Assembly: GCA_963716255.1 (NCBI GenBank)
Contig: OY970303.1
Location: forward strand, 800,001 to 864,000
Reading direction: 5' to 3'
Origin: an uncultured Gemmatimonadales bacterium
GTDB taxonomy: Bacteria > Gemmatimonadota > Gemmatimonadetes > Longimicrobiales > Longimicrobiaceae
DNA length: 64,000 nucleotides
Made by a program: the position numbers and the translations under genes. Under the pieces are notes generated by a model. The model searched no databases, was not told the DNA's origin, and saw only the letters and a list, made by a program, of their open reading frames with translations. How positions within the stretch are numbered: position 1 is the first letter of the stretch; the number at the start of each line of letters is the position of its first letter. This document shows, in pieces, positions 9,599-18,951 of the stretch.

Positions 9599-10404
9599 CG
9601 CTCCCCCCAGGGGTTGAAGCGGTTGGTCTCCACGCCCTTGCGCCACGCCTCCGCGGCGTGGGCGGGGTCGCCGTCCAGGTAGTGCGCGTGTCCCAGCTCC
9701 CAGTACGCCTCGATCAGGTTGGGGCCCAGCTCCAGCGCCTTGCGGAAGAAGGAGCGTGCGTCGACGTACATCTCCCGCTCCAGGTACACCATCCCCATGT
9801 AGAGGTGCGCGTACAGCTGCGCCTTGCGGTCCGCCTCCTGGCGGATGGCGCGCGCCAGGTGCTCGATCGCCTCGCCGAAGATCCCCTTCTTGAGGCAGAT
9901 GTAGCCGACGTTCACCCGGGCCAGGGCGTTGTTCGGCTCCTTCATCAGCACCTTGGAGTAGGTGTACAGCGCCTCGTCGTACTGCTCCTGGAGCATCTGC
10001 GCCCACCCCAGCAGCGACTCCGCCCCGGGGTCGTTGGGGGCGAGCTCCAGCGCGCGGTTCAATTCCTTGACGGCGCGGGCGTGGTCGCCGGCGGCGATGG
10101 CGCTCCAGCCGCGCTCCACGTAGGTGCTGCTCCCCAGGTGGTCCGAGCGCGGCGGCGCGGCCGGGGCCATCCCGCGCGGCGTGGAGGCCGCGAGCGACTT
10201 GTAGCGGTCCACCAGCGCGCGGATCTCCTCCTTGAAGGCGGCGAGCTGCTCCAGGGCGCCCTCCGTTTCGCGGAACAGCTCCATGATGTCGCGCTTGATG
10301 CGGTCGCGCTCCTCCACCGGGGTGCCCGTGCCGGCGCCCGTGAGCGCGGCGTCGATCTCGTCGTAGCGGGTCCGCAGCGACCCGACGTACTGCTCGCGCG
10401 TCAT
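9541..10404 (-). CDS. Coiled-coil + TPR protein
   Basis: Repeated TPR patterns (ALELAPND, ALARVNVG, ALELGPN..EAYWELG). Confidence 0.85.
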   Translation of the reverse strand: MTREQYVGSLRTRYDEIDAALTGAGTGTPVEERDRIKRDIMELFRETEGALEQLAAFKEEIRALVDRYKSLAASTPRGMAPAAPPRSDHLGSSTYVERGWSAIAAGDHARAVKELNRALELAPNDPGAESLLGWAQMLQEQYDEALYTYSKVLMKEPNNALARVNVGYICLKKGIFGEAIEHLARAIRQEADRKAQLYAHLYMGMVYLEREMYVDARSFFRKALELGPNLIEAYWELGHAHYLDGDPAHAAEAWRKGVETNRFNPWGERCGEALARLEAGEPVSFSA

Positions 10405-10928
10405 TCGCCTGCGCTCGCGGGGTTTTCGGGCTCCGATCCCGCGGCGTCCGGCAGGAGGTCCGCCGTTTCCAGGGCGATCCGCTCCTGGCTGCTGAGGATG
10501 CGCTCGATGTCGATCAGCACCACCAGGCGCGCCTCCAGCCGCACGATGCCGCGCACGAACTCCGCGGCCAGGCCGCGGATGTACGCGGGCGGCTCGGACA
10601 CCGCGGTCTCGGGGACGCGCAGCACCTCGGTGACGGCGTCAACCACCAGCCCCAGGCGCTCCCCGCCGTGCTCCACCAGCACCACGCGGGTCTCGTCGTT
10701 CACGGGCGCCTCGGCCAGCTCGAAGCGGCGGCGCATGTCCACCACGGGCACCAGCGTGCCGCGCACGTCGATCACCCCCTCCACGAACTCCGGGGCGCGC
10801 GGCACCGGCGTGGGCTCCGAGTAGCGCAGGATCTCGTGGACGGCGAACACGTCCAGACCGAACTCCTCCGGGCCGAGGCGGAAGGTCACGAGCTGGACCT
10901 GGGGAACGACTTGACGGACCTTTCTCAC
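10401..10928 (-). CDS. cheW: Chemotaxis adaptor CheW
   Basis: LVTFRLG.EEFG, PVPRAPEFVEGVIDVRG..VPVVD, GLVVDAV. Confidence 0.93.
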   Translation of the reverse strand: MRKVRQVVPQVQLVTFRLGPEEFGLDVFAVHEILRYSEPTPVPRAPEFVEGVIDVRGTLVPVVDMRRRFELAEAPVNDETRVVLVEHGGERLGLVVDAVTEVLRVPETAVSEPPAYIRGLAAEFVRGIVRLEARLVVLIDIERILSSQERIALETADLLPDAAGSEPENPASAGE

Positions 10929-11419
10929 GGGGTCTCCCGGGTGGTCAGGGATGTGAAGTTCGACAGCACGGCCGCCAGGTCGAGGAGGGTCACCAGCGCG
11001 TCGCCGGCGCGCGCGACCCCCAGCACATGCTCCTCCTGCTCCGCGCCCCGCTGCGGCGCCGGACGGACGGCGGCGGCGGGGAACGCGGCCACCTCGCGCG
11101 CCTCGTCCACCGCCACGCCCACGCGGCGCTCGCCGGCGTCCAGCACCAGCACGTCCGGCGTCACCGTCTCCTCCAGGCGCAGCCCCAGCCCGGGGGCCAG
11201 GTCCAGCACCGGCACCAGCGAGCCGCGCAGGCGGATGACGCCCAGCAGGGGGCGCGGGAGGTCGGGGAGGGGGTGCACGCGCTGGCCGGTGACCACCTCC
11301 TCCACCAGCCGCACGTCGCAGGCGTGCAGCTCCCGCCCGATGCGGAAGACCACCCCGCGGAACTGCGCCTCGTCGATGTCGCCTTCGCGCGCGGGAAGGT
11401 GCGGATCGGGCACGCTCAC
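10925..11419 (-). CDS. cheW: CheW-domain protein (divergent)
   Basis: LLGVIRLRGSLVPVLDL, VGVAVDE; GTG start overlaps the cheB stop. Confidence 0.85.
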   Translation of the reverse strand: MSVPDPHLPAREGDIDEAQFRGVVFRIGRELHACDVRLVEEVVTGQRVHPLPDLPRPLLGVIRLRGSLVPVLDLAPGLGLRLEETVTPDVLVLDAGERRVGVAVDEAREVAAFPAAAVRPAPQRGAEQEEHVLGVARAGDALVTLLDLAAVLSNFTSLTTRETP

Positions 11420-12519
11420 CGGGCCTCCTGCGTGGCGGTGCGGACGGCCGCGGCGCGAACCTCGCCGGCGAGCGCGTCGGCGATGCGGTCCAGCGGGAGC
11501 ACGGAGGTGGCGTGCTCGGCGGCGGCGTGCGGCATCCCGTAGATCACCGAGGTGTGGCGGTCCTGGGCGATGCCGGAGCCCCCCGCGCGGACGATGGCGG
11601 CGAGCCCCTCGGCGCCGTCGCGCCCCATCCCCGTGAGCACCACGCCCACCGAGGCGGGGCCGTACGCGTCGGCGACGCTGCGGAAGAGCGGGTCGGCGGC
11701 GGGGCGAACCCCCCACACGGTGGGCTCGCGGTCCAGCGCGATGCGCGCGCCGGCCGCGCCCTGCACCACCCGCATGTGGAAGTCGCCCGGGGCCACGTAG
11801 ACGCGGCCCGCCAGCACCGGCTGGCCGTCCTCCGCCTCGGCGACGGGGAGAGGGCTCATGCCGTTGAGCCGCTCGGCCAGCGAGCGGGTGAAGCGCGCGG
11901 GCATGTGCTGCACCACCAGCACCGCGGCGCCCAGCCGCGCCGGCAGCCGGGGGACCAGCTCGGCCAGCGCCCGCGGCCCCCCGGTGGAGGCGGCCACCGC
12001 CACGGCCACCCCGGCGCCGGGGCCGCCGCCCTGGGAGGCGGCCCGCGGGGAGGCGGGCTCCGCGCCCCGTCGCGGCATGTGCACGCGGACGTTGGACAGG
12101 TTGGCGGCGGCGGCGGCGCGCAGCGCCTCCAGCAGCCGGTCGGACACCTTTTCCAGGTCCAGCGAGATGGTCCCCGAGGGCTTGGCGACGAAGTCCACCG
12201 CGCCGTAGTCCAGGGCGCGCAGCGTGGCCTCGCCGCCCTCGGTGGTGTAGGCGGAAAGCATCACCACGGGGCGCGGGGTCTCGCTCATGATGTACCCCAG
12301 CGCGCCCAGCCCGTCCAGCCCCGGCATCTCCACGTCCATGGTCACCAGGTCCGGGTCGTACTGGTGCACCTTGCGCAGGGCGTCCTCGCCGTCGCGGGCG
12401 GTGGCGACCACGCGGAACTCGTCGGTGCGCGACACCACGTCGGTGATGACGCGGCGCATGAAGGCGCTGTCGTCCACCACCAGCACGGTGATCGCGCCCC
12501 GCCGCTCAGAGCGCGACAT
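11416..12519 (-). CDS. cheB: Chemotaxis methylesterase/response regulator CheB
   Basis: REC plus ASTGGP, VQHMP and LTGMGRDG catalytic motifs. Confidence 0.97.
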   Translation of the reverse strand: MSRSERRGAITVLVVDDSAFMRRVITDVVSRTDEFRVVATARDGEDALRKVHQYDPDLVTMDVEMPGLDGLGALGYIMSETPRPVVMLSAYTTEGGEATLRALDYGAVDFVAKPSGTISLDLEKVSDRLLEALRAAAAANLSNVRVHMPRRGAEPASPRAASQGGGPGAGVAVAVAASTGGPRALAELVPRLPARLGAAVLVVQHMPARFTRSLAERLNGMSPLPVAEAEDGQPVLAGRVYVAPGDFHMRVVQGAAGARIALDREPTVWGVRPAADPLFRSVADAYGPASVGVVLTGMGRDGAEGLAAIVRAGGSGIAQDRHTSVIYGMPHAAAEHATSVLPLDRIADALAGEVRAAAVRTATQEAR

Positions 12520-12997
12520 CGGGCCGCCCCACCGAGGACACCGTCACCCTTCCCTCTCCCACGTGGAAGCGGACCGAGCGCCCGTAGTCCGCCCCCACCT
12601 CCTCGCCGTGGATGGGGATGCGCAGCCTGCCGAGCGCCGCCCGCGCGGCGATCACGTTGCGCTCGCCCATGTTCAGCGTCCCGGGCGCCATCAGGCTGGC
12701 GAACATGGACGCGCCGCCCACCAGGCGCGCCTGCAGCCGCTCGCGGCGCCCGCCCAGCGCCACCACCTCGTCCGCCAGCAGCGGGACGGCGGTGGAGGCG
12801 AACTTGGACAGGTTGCTGGAGTCGCGCGCCAGCTGCTTCTCGGGGAGGAGCACGTGCGCCATCCCGCCCACCCGCGCCACCGGGTCGTGCAGCAGGATCG
12901 CCACGCACGAGCCCAGCCCCAGCGTCACCAGCGTGGCGTCGGCCCGCCCGACGGCGTGGTGCGCCACCTTCACGAAGATCTGACCTGCTGCCGTCAT
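12506..12997 (-). CDS. cheD: Chemoreceptor glutamine deamidase CheD
   Basis: TLGLGSCVA, GGMAHVLLP, GGASMF, MGERN. Confidence 0.95.
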   Translation of the reverse strand: MTAAGQIFVKVAHHAVGRADATLVTLGLGSCVAILLHDPVARVGGMAHVLLPEKQLARDSSNLSKFASTAVPLLADEVVALGGRRERLQARLVGGASMFASLMAPGTLNMGERNVIAARAALGRLRIPIHGEEVGADYGRSVRFHVGEGRVTVSSVGRPDVAL

Positions 12998-13851
12998 GCG
13001 GGCTTCTGGAAGATGCGTTCCCGGTTGTTGACCGCGCGGAACATCCCGCGCGTGGGGCCGATCAGGGTCTCCACCTTGCCCAGGACCAGGAACCCGCCCG
13101 GGAGGAGCGCGTCGTAGAAGTGCTGGAACAGGCGCTCCTGGATCTCGCGGTCGAAGTAGATGATCACGTTGCGGCAGAAGATCAGGCTCTGCTCGCGGAG
13201 CGGCGGGTCGCTGATCAGGTCGCGCCGCACGAACGTGACGTTCCGCTTCGCCTCGGGGCGCAGGCGAAAGGGCGGCCCGGGAGAGAACCACCTGGCGCGC
13301 ACGGCGTCCGGCGTTTCCGTCAGCGAAAGCTCGGGGAACTCCGCGCGCGCCGCCGCCTCCAGGCTGCGCCGGTCGATGTCCGTGCCGGTGACGTGGAAGC
13401 GCGCCAGGTCGCCCGCGCGGCGGTGGCGCTCCGCCCACTCGTGCAGCAGGATGGAGACGGTGTACGCCTCCTCGCCGCTGGCGGAGCCGGCGCTCCAGAT
13501 GCGGTGCTGCGGGCGCGCCCAGTCGAACAGGCGCGGGATGACCACGTCCTCCACCACCTTCCAGGTGTCCGTGTTGCGGAACAGCTTGGTGACGTTGATG
13601 GTGAGCGTGTCCAGCAGCACGTCGTACTCGGCCGGCTCGGCGTCCAGGAGCCGCCCGTACTCGGCGAACGAGGCGCGGCCGCGGGCGCGCATACGCACCG
13701 CGATGCGGCGGCGCAGGCACTTGTCCTTGTAGAACTGGGTGTTGAAGCCCCGCTCGCGCTGGATCTTGACCTTGAGAAGCTCCAGCTCCTCGTCGTCGCC
13801 CTCCATCTGCGCGAAGGGAGTGCCCGGCTGCGGGCGCGGAGGAAAGCTCAT
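12994..13851 (-). CDS. cheR: Chemotaxis methyltransferase CheR
   Basis: LTINVTKLFR, IWSAGSASGEEAY, LIFCRNVIIYFD. Confidence 0.95.
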   Translation of the reverse strand: MSFPPRPQPGTPFAQMEGDDEELELLKVKIQRERGFNTQFYKDKCLRRRIAVRMRARGRASFAEYGRLLDAEPAEYDVLLDTLTINVTKLFRNTDTWKVVEDVVIPRLFDWARPQHRIWSAGSASGEEAYTVSILLHEWAERHRRAGDLARFHVTGTDIDRRSLEAAARAEFPELSLTETPDAVRARWFSPGPPFRLRPEAKRNVTFVRRDLISDPPLREQSLIFCRNVIIYFDREIQERLFQHFYDALLPGGFLVLGKVETLIGPTRGMFRAVNNRERIFQKPA

Positions 13852-15467
13852 CGCAGCACCGTCTGCACCAGCTCCAGGTTGGTGCGCACCACCCCGTTCC
13901 CCGGGTTGAGCTCCAGCGCCCTCCTCCACAGCCGCACCGCTTCCTCCCGGTTCATCCGCTTGTAGTGGATGTTGCCCAGCTTGAAGTACGTGTCGTCCCC
14001 CAGGTCGGGGTCCAGCTCCAGCGCCCTTCCGTACGCCTCCGCCGCGTCGTCGTATGCGCCGCGGCGGTACAGCACGTCGCCCAGCGACTTGTGCGCCTGC
14101 GGCACGATCCCGTCCTCGTCCACCGCGCGCCGGTACAGCGCCTCGGCGTCCCGCCACTCCTGCCGCCGCTCGCGCACCGCGCCCAGGTGCAGCAGCAGCA
14201 GCGGCGCGTGGGGGTGCAGGCCGATCCCCTCCTCGCCCAGCCGCAGCGCTTCCGCGTCGCGCCCCGCCGCGGCCTCCGCCAGCACCGCGAAGGCGAAGTA
14301 CGCGGCCGGCGCCCTCCCCTGCCCCAGCGCCTCGCGGTAGGCGGCGAACGCCTCCGCGGCGGCGGGGGCGTCGCCCAGCTTGAGGCGCAGCACCGCGCGC
14401 GACAGCAGCACCTGCGGCCGCTTCGGCGCCAGGCGCGCGGCCTCCTCCACGGCGGCCAGGGCGTCCTCGGCGCGGCCGGCGCGCTCCAGGGCGAGCGCCA
14501 GGTTGTGGAAGGCGGCGGCGCGCGGGCCGCCCTGCTCGATGGTCTCCTTGAGCCAGCGCACCGCCGAGCGGTCGTCGCCCGTTCGCAGCCCGATCAGGGC
14601 CAGGTAGAAGCGCGCGTCGGCGCTCCCGGGCTGCAGCTCGGTCACCCGCCGGAACTCGCGGATGGCCTCCTCGTACATCCCCGTCTTGTAGAAGGCGATG
14701 CCCAGGTTGCGGTGCTCCTCGATGCGCGCCAGCGGCACCTCGCGCACCTCCACGGGGCGCTTGCGGCCCACGGGGTGGGCGAAGCCGGCCTGGATCAGCC
14801 CGAAGAGCGCCTTGCCCACGTCGAACTCCACCAGCCCGGACTCCTCCACCACCTCGTGCACGGTGCGCTTGCCGTCCACCAGGGGGATCACCTTGCGCTG
14901 CTCGTCGGTGAGGTCCACCCCCTCCAGCGGCCGGGCGCGGTCCATCTCGAAGATCAGGTCCAGCGAGGGGATGCGCTTCTCGACCAGGCTCCACTCGTCG
15001 ATCCGGCGCGCCCCTTCCAGCAGCAGGTTCTCCGGGTTGATGGAGACCAGCATCGCCCCCTCGGGCGGGCGCTGCTCCGCCTCGAAGTAGAACGAGCCCT
15101 GCGACCAGGTGAACAGGTAGTAGACCGCCTCCTCGATCTGGATGCGGATGTACTGCTCCAGCTGCTCGCGGGTGATGGAGCCGCGGCGGATGAGGATCTC
15201 GCCCAGCCGGATCTCGGGCTCGCGCGCCTGCTCGTCCACGGCGGCGGCGAGCGCGGCGGCCTCCAGCAGCCCGTTCTTGACCAGCAGGTCACCCAGGCGG
15301 TCGCGCCGGTTGACGATGGAGGCGTAGGTGATGCGCCCCCGGTCGAAGTAGATGTAGCCGAAGTTGGAGCGGTCGGTGACCGACAGGCACCCCGTCTTCT
15401 GCCCCATGGCCAGGAGCTGGAGGACGTCGGGGAGGCTGGCCTCCTTGAGGCTTCCCTTGATCGCCAT
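13848..15467 (-). CDS. DUF4388 (PATAN-like) + TPR protein
   Basis: GSLKEASLPDVLQLL...KTG, RLGEIL, FTW.QGSFYF, LLLEGARRIDEW, then TPRs. Confidence 0.9.
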   Translation of the reverse strand: MAIKGSLKEASLPDVLQLLAMGQKTGCLSVTDRSNFGYIYFDRGRITYASIVNRRDRLGDLLVKNGLLEAAALAAAVDEQAREPEIRLGEILIRRGSITREQLEQYIRIQIEEAVYYLFTWSQGSFYFEAEQRPPEGAMLVSINPENLLLEGARRIDEWSLVEKRIPSLDLIFEMDRARPLEGVDLTDEQRKVIPLVDGKRTVHEVVEESGLVEFDVGKALFGLIQAGFAHPVGRKRPVEVREVPLARIEEHRNLGIAFYKTGMYEEAIREFRRVTELQPGSADARFYLALIGLRTGDDRSAVRWLKETIEQGGPRAAAFHNLALALERAGRAEDALAAVEEAARLAPKRPQVLLSRAVLRLKLGDAPAAAEAFAAYREALGQGRAPAAYFAFAVLAEAAAGRDAEALRLGEEGIGLHPHAPLLLLHLGAVRERRQEWRDAEALYRRAVDEDGIVPQAHKSLGDVLYRRGAYDDAAEAYGRALELDPDLGDDTYFKLGNIHYKRMNREEAVRLWRRALELNPGNGVVRTNLELVQTVLR

Positions 15468-17206
15468 CAGGCCAGCTCCTCGATGAGCCGGTCCTCCAGC
15501 GCGAGCGCCGACCAGGCCACCTTCTCGGTGTTGTAGAACCAGCGGTCCGTGCCGTCGGCGCGGGCGGCCGGAGCGGCAGGCTCCACGGCGGCCGGGGCCT
15601 CGTCGGCGGGGACGGCGTCGGGGGAGGGGGGCGCGGCGGCCAGGTCCACCACCAGCCCGCCCTCGAAGCGGGAGCGCAGCCGCGCGTCCAGCGCCGCCAG
15701 CTCGCGCGGCGCGCGGTCGGCGGCGGCGGCCACCTGCACGTCGGAGCGCAGCAGCGCGTCCAGCAGGTAGAACACCTCCTCCTGCACCCGCTCGTCGGCG
15801 GGCAGCTCCTGCAGGCCGTCCACCAGCAGCAGGTCGGCGGCGCGGTAGCGGCGGCGCCACGCCTCCGCGGCGCCGGCGCGCAGCGCGGGCGCCAGCTCCC
15901 GGGCGACGGCGCCCGCGCGCAGCCAGGCCACCCGCGAGTCCGGCCGCTCGGCCAGCGCCGCGCGCCCCACGGCGGCCAGCAGCTCCGCCGCGCCGGGGCC
16001 GTGGAGGAAGAGCGGGTTGTATCCGGCGGCGGGGGGCCCCAGCGCGCGCCGCGCCGAGCGCACCGACAGCGACTCCGCGCCCAGCCGCCCGGCCAGCTCG
16101 TCCAGCCCGGGTCCCTCGGGCGGCGCCGCGAGCGGCGCCGACGTGACGCGGGCCAGCTCCACCAGCGCCTCCGCCTCGTCCACCCGGTCCGGGTCGCGCA
16201 GGGTCGGGGACGCGGCGGCGGCGGGATCCAGCGCGCGCAGCTCCGCCCCGGCGGCGCGCAGGCGCTCCACGTCGGCGGCGAAGGCGGCGACCAGCGCGTC
16301 CACGTCGGGGGCGGAATCGGCCTCCAGCGCGTCCTCCAGGCGGCGGGTGCGCACGCCCTCCCCCTCCCAGCGCAGGATCGCCGCGCCCAGCGCCCGGCGC
16401 CACGGCGCGGCCTCCACCATCTCGGCGACGGTGAGGGTGATGTCGGAAAGGAAGGCGCCGAACTCGTCGGCGGCGAGGGCGCGCTCCGCGCTCATCCCCA
16501 GCAGCGGCCCCACCTCCTCCGCGGCGACCGGGCGCCCCTCGGCCTCCTGTGCGGCGAGCACGCGGTTCAGCCCGCCCTGGAGCTCGCGCACGCTCGCCCA
16601 TCCCAGCCCGCCCAGCGCTTCGGCCACGCCCGCACCCAGGGTCGCTCCGCGCTCGGCGGCCATGCGCCGCGCGATCGCGACGCGCGTCTCGGTCTCGGGC
16701 GGGGTCACGTCCACCAGCAGCCCGGCGGCCAGGCGGGAGACCAGGCGCGGGTCCAGCCCCTCGATCTCGCCCGGCGGCCGGTCGGAGGCGAGCACCACCT
16801 GCGCCCCGGCGCGCGACATGTCGTCCCACACGCGCAGCAGCTCGTCCTGGGTGCGCCCCTTGCCGCCCAGGAACTGCACGTCGTCCAGCAGGAGCAGGTT
16901 GACGCGGCGGTACTCGTCGCGGAAGGCGTCCAGCGTCCCCGCGGCCAGCGCGGCGCTCACCCCGTCCACCACCTCCTCCACGGTGCGGTACGCCACGCGC
17001 AGCTCGGGGCGCACGGTGCCGGCCAGGTGCCCCACCGCCGTGAGCAGGTGCGACTTCCCCATCCCCGGGCCGCCGTAGACCACGAGCGGGTTGTAGCTCG
17101 TCCCGGGCGACTCCGCGGCACGGCGCGCGGCGGCCGCGGCCAGGCGGTTGCTCGGCCCGACGACGAAGCCCTCGAAGGTGAGGCGGGGGTCCAGCGGGGA
17201 GGTCAT
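15467..17206 (-). CDS. DnaA/Hda-like tandem AAA+ ATPase without a DNA-binding domain
   Basis: TFEGFVVGPSNRLA, YNPL..YGGPGMGKSHL, LLLDDVQFL, RLVSRL; second degenerate copy YNPLFLHG...LLLVDGLQ...RLRSRFEGGL. Confidence 0.85.
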   Translation of the reverse strand: MTSPLDPRLTFEGFVVGPSNRLAAAAARRAAESPGTSYNPLVVYGGPGMGKSHLLTAVGHLAGTVRPELRVAYRTVEEVVDGVSAALAAGTLDAFRDEYRRVNLLLLDDVQFLGGKGRTQDELLRVWDDMSRAGAQVVLASDRPPGEIEGLDPRLVSRLAAGLLVDVTPPETETRVAIARRMAAERGATLGAGVAEALGGLGWASVRELQGGLNRVLAAQEAEGRPVAAEEVGPLLGMSAERALAADEFGAFLSDITLTVAEMVEAAPWRRALGAAILRWEGEGVRTRRLEDALEADSAPDVDALVAAFAADVERLRAAGAELRALDPAAAASPTLRDPDRVDEAEALVELARVTSAPLAAPPEGPGLDELAGRLGAESLSVRSARRALGPPAAGYNPLFLHGPGAAELLAAVGRAALAERPDSRVAWLRAGAVARELAPALRAGAAEAWRRRYRAADLLLVDGLQELPADERVQEEVFYLLDALLRSDVQVAAAADRAPRELAALDARLRSRFEGGLVVDLAAAPPSPDAVPADEAPAAVEPAAPAARADGTDRWFYNTEKVAWSALALEDRLIEELA

Positions 17207-17210
17207 GCGG

Positions 17211-17825
17211 CTAGCCGGCGTCGGCCGCGAGCGGACGGTTGAAGCGCTGCGACAGGCGGCGGAGCACGTGCTCGCTGATCCCGCGCAGCGTGTCGAACAC
17301 CCCCGCCCCGGCGAGGGCGCGCGCCTCGTAGCGCGGCAGGTCGCGGTAGTTGAGGAGGTCGTCCATCTCCTCCGTGGAAAGCACGTCGGGGAGGTCGCGC
17401 TTGTTGTACTGGAGCACCAGGGGGATGGTGCGCGGGTCGGTCCCCTGCTCCAGCAGGTTGACCTGCAGGTTCCTGAAGCTTTCCAGGTTCTCCTCCTGCT
17501 GCATGCGCTGCGAGTCGGCCACGAACACCACCCCGTCGGCACCCTGCAGCACCAGCTTGCGGGTGGCGTCGTAGTACACCTGCCCGGGGACGGTGTAGAG
17601 CTGGAAGCGCGTCTGGAACCCCGAGATCGCCCCCAGCTCCAGCGGGAGGAAGTCGAAGAACAGCGTGCGGTCCGTCTCGGTCGCCAGGGAGATCATGCGC
17701 CCCTTGCGGTCGTCCGGGACCTGCGAGTGGATGTACTGCAGGTTGGTCGTCTTCCCCGACCGCCCGGGGCCGTAGTAGACGATCTTGCAGGTGATCTCTC
17801 GGGTCGAGTAGTTGACCAGCGACAT
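17211..17825 (-). CDS. mglA: Small Ras-like GTPase MglA
   Basis: KIVYYGPGRSGKTTNL, TETDRTLFFDFLP, YTVPGQV, QYNKRDLP. Confidence 0.97.
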   Translation of the reverse strand: MSLVNYSTREITCKIVYYGPGRSGKTTNLQYIHSQVPDDRKGRMISLATETDRTLFFDFLPLELGAISGFQTRFQLYTVPGQVYYDATRKLVLQGADGVVFVADSQRMQQEENLESFRNLQVNLLEQGTDPRTIPLVLQYNKRDLPDVLSTEEMDDLLNYRDLPRYEARALAGAGVFDTLRGISEHVLRRLSQRFNRPLAADAG

Positions 17826-17835
17826 GGCTATCGCC

Positions 17836-18315
17836 TCACCGGGATCCGAAGAAGTGGTCCAGCCCGGCCTCCAGGTCCTTCTCGAAGGCCGCGGCGTCCG
17901 CCGTGGGGCGCGTCTCCCGCCAGCCGGGGAGGGCGGCCACCTCCTGCATCAGCGTGTTGAAGAAGACGCGCACCAGCCCGATGGACGAGTCGTCGCCGAA
18001 GACCGCGACCAGGATCAGCTCCTCGGCGGGGGTGGCGAAGGAGCCGATGAACACCTGGTCCCGCCCGCCGCCCTGGTGCAGGTGGTGGAAGCCGCGCTGC
18101 CCCAGGAGGGCGGCGATGGCGCGCGACGAAGCGTGGATCCCCGCTCCCAGCGCCGCCACCCCCATCACGTCCAGCGCGCGCGCGAACCCCCGCTGCGCCA
18201 GCACCTGGCCGCTCTCGTTGATGAGCAGCACCAGCCGCGTCCCCGCCTCGCGGGTGAAGCGCTCGACCGGCCCCGCCAGGTCGCCGACGAACTTTTCCAG
18301 GTCGCCGCGCCTCAT
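17836..18315 (-). CDS. mglB: Roadblock/LC7 protein, MglB-like GAP
   Basis: LLINESGQVLA, AALGAG..AS.R.IA.LLG, SIGLVR; immediately upstream of mglA. Confidence 0.85.
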   Translation of the reverse strand: MRRGDLEKFVGDLAGPVERFTREAGTRLVLLINESGQVLAQRGFARALDVMGVAALGAGIHASSRAIAALLGQRGFHHLHQGGGRDQVFIGSFATPAEELILVAVFGDDSSIGLVRVFFNTLMQEVAALPGWRETRPTADAAAFEKDLEAGLDHFFGSR

Positions 18316-18353
18316 GCGGGGTCCCGTCGGAACAGAATTGAACTGCCGGGTTC

Positions 18354-18481
18354 GGGCGTGCCCCCGGCTGCGCCGGGGTCGGGCTGCGGCTCCGTAAGCG
18401 AGCAAACAACGCTCGCTAACGGAGGCGAGCCCGCGCAAACAGCCGCGCGGTCTCGCCGCTTCGCGCTCGCATCCCTCACGC
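18354..18481 (+). repeat. Structured intergenic repeat family A, copy 1
   Basis: GGGCGTG-hairpin-GGTCGGGCT...ATCCCTCACGC; five copies in the window. Confidence 0.9.
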
Positions 18482-18540
18482 GGGCCCGCGCTGGCGTCCG
18501 CGGGGCACCACGCCGCGCCCTCCACTCCCCCGTGTCATTC

Positions 18541-18576
18541 TCCCCCCTTGCGGGGGAGGGGGCCGGGGGAGGGGGG
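18541..18576. repeat. REP-like CCCCTCCCC/GGGGAGGGG palindromic repeat (related copies near 29185 and 35863)
   Basis: TCCCCCCTTGCGGGGGAGGGGGCCGGGGGAGGGGGGT recurs in either orientation. Confidence 0.75.
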
Positions 18577-18597
18577 TCGCCATCGCCGTTCTCGCCC

Positions 18598-18951
18598 TCA
18601 TTGCAGCGCACCGGCGGCGCGGGCGGCCTCCAGGCGGACGAGCCCCACGTTCACCCAGCGCTCGGCCACCACCACCAGCAGCAGGTCGCCCATCTCCGGG
18701 GGGGCCGCGGCGAAGAGGAAGCCGTCGTCGCCCTCCACCTGGAGGAACGAAGCGCTCCCGAACGACGCCGCCCGGACGGACCTGCGCGCCCGCCGGAAGA
18801 GAGACGCCACCAGCGCCGCCACCGCGGGCCCGGGGACGCCGATCATCAGGTCGGCCTCCACCACCAGCCCGTCCTCGGCGGCCACCACCATGGAGCCGCG
18901 CACCCCGGGGATGCGGTTGATGACCGACAGCTGCTCCGCGAACGCGCTCAC
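18598..18951 (-). CDS. Roadblock/LC7 domain protein
   Basis: IPGVRGSMVVAAEDGLVV, AALVASL, VNVGLVRLE. Confidence 0.85.
   Translation of the reverse strand: MSAFAEQLSVINRIPGVRGSMVVAAEDGLVVEADLMIGVPGPAVAALVASLFRRARRSVRAASFGSASFLQVEGDDGFLFAAAPPEMGDLLLVVVAERWVNVGLVRLEAARAAGALQ

Noticed and set aside
15467..17206. Canonical dnaA / oriC
   Set aside because: No DNA-binding domain IV, no DnaA-box cluster or AT-rich unwinding element, no dnaN/recF/gyrB
18354..18481. Family A as a riboswitch or hammerhead ribozyme
   Set aside because: Inconsistent orientation to neighbouring genes; no CUGAUGA/GAAA core or recognisable aptamer consensus
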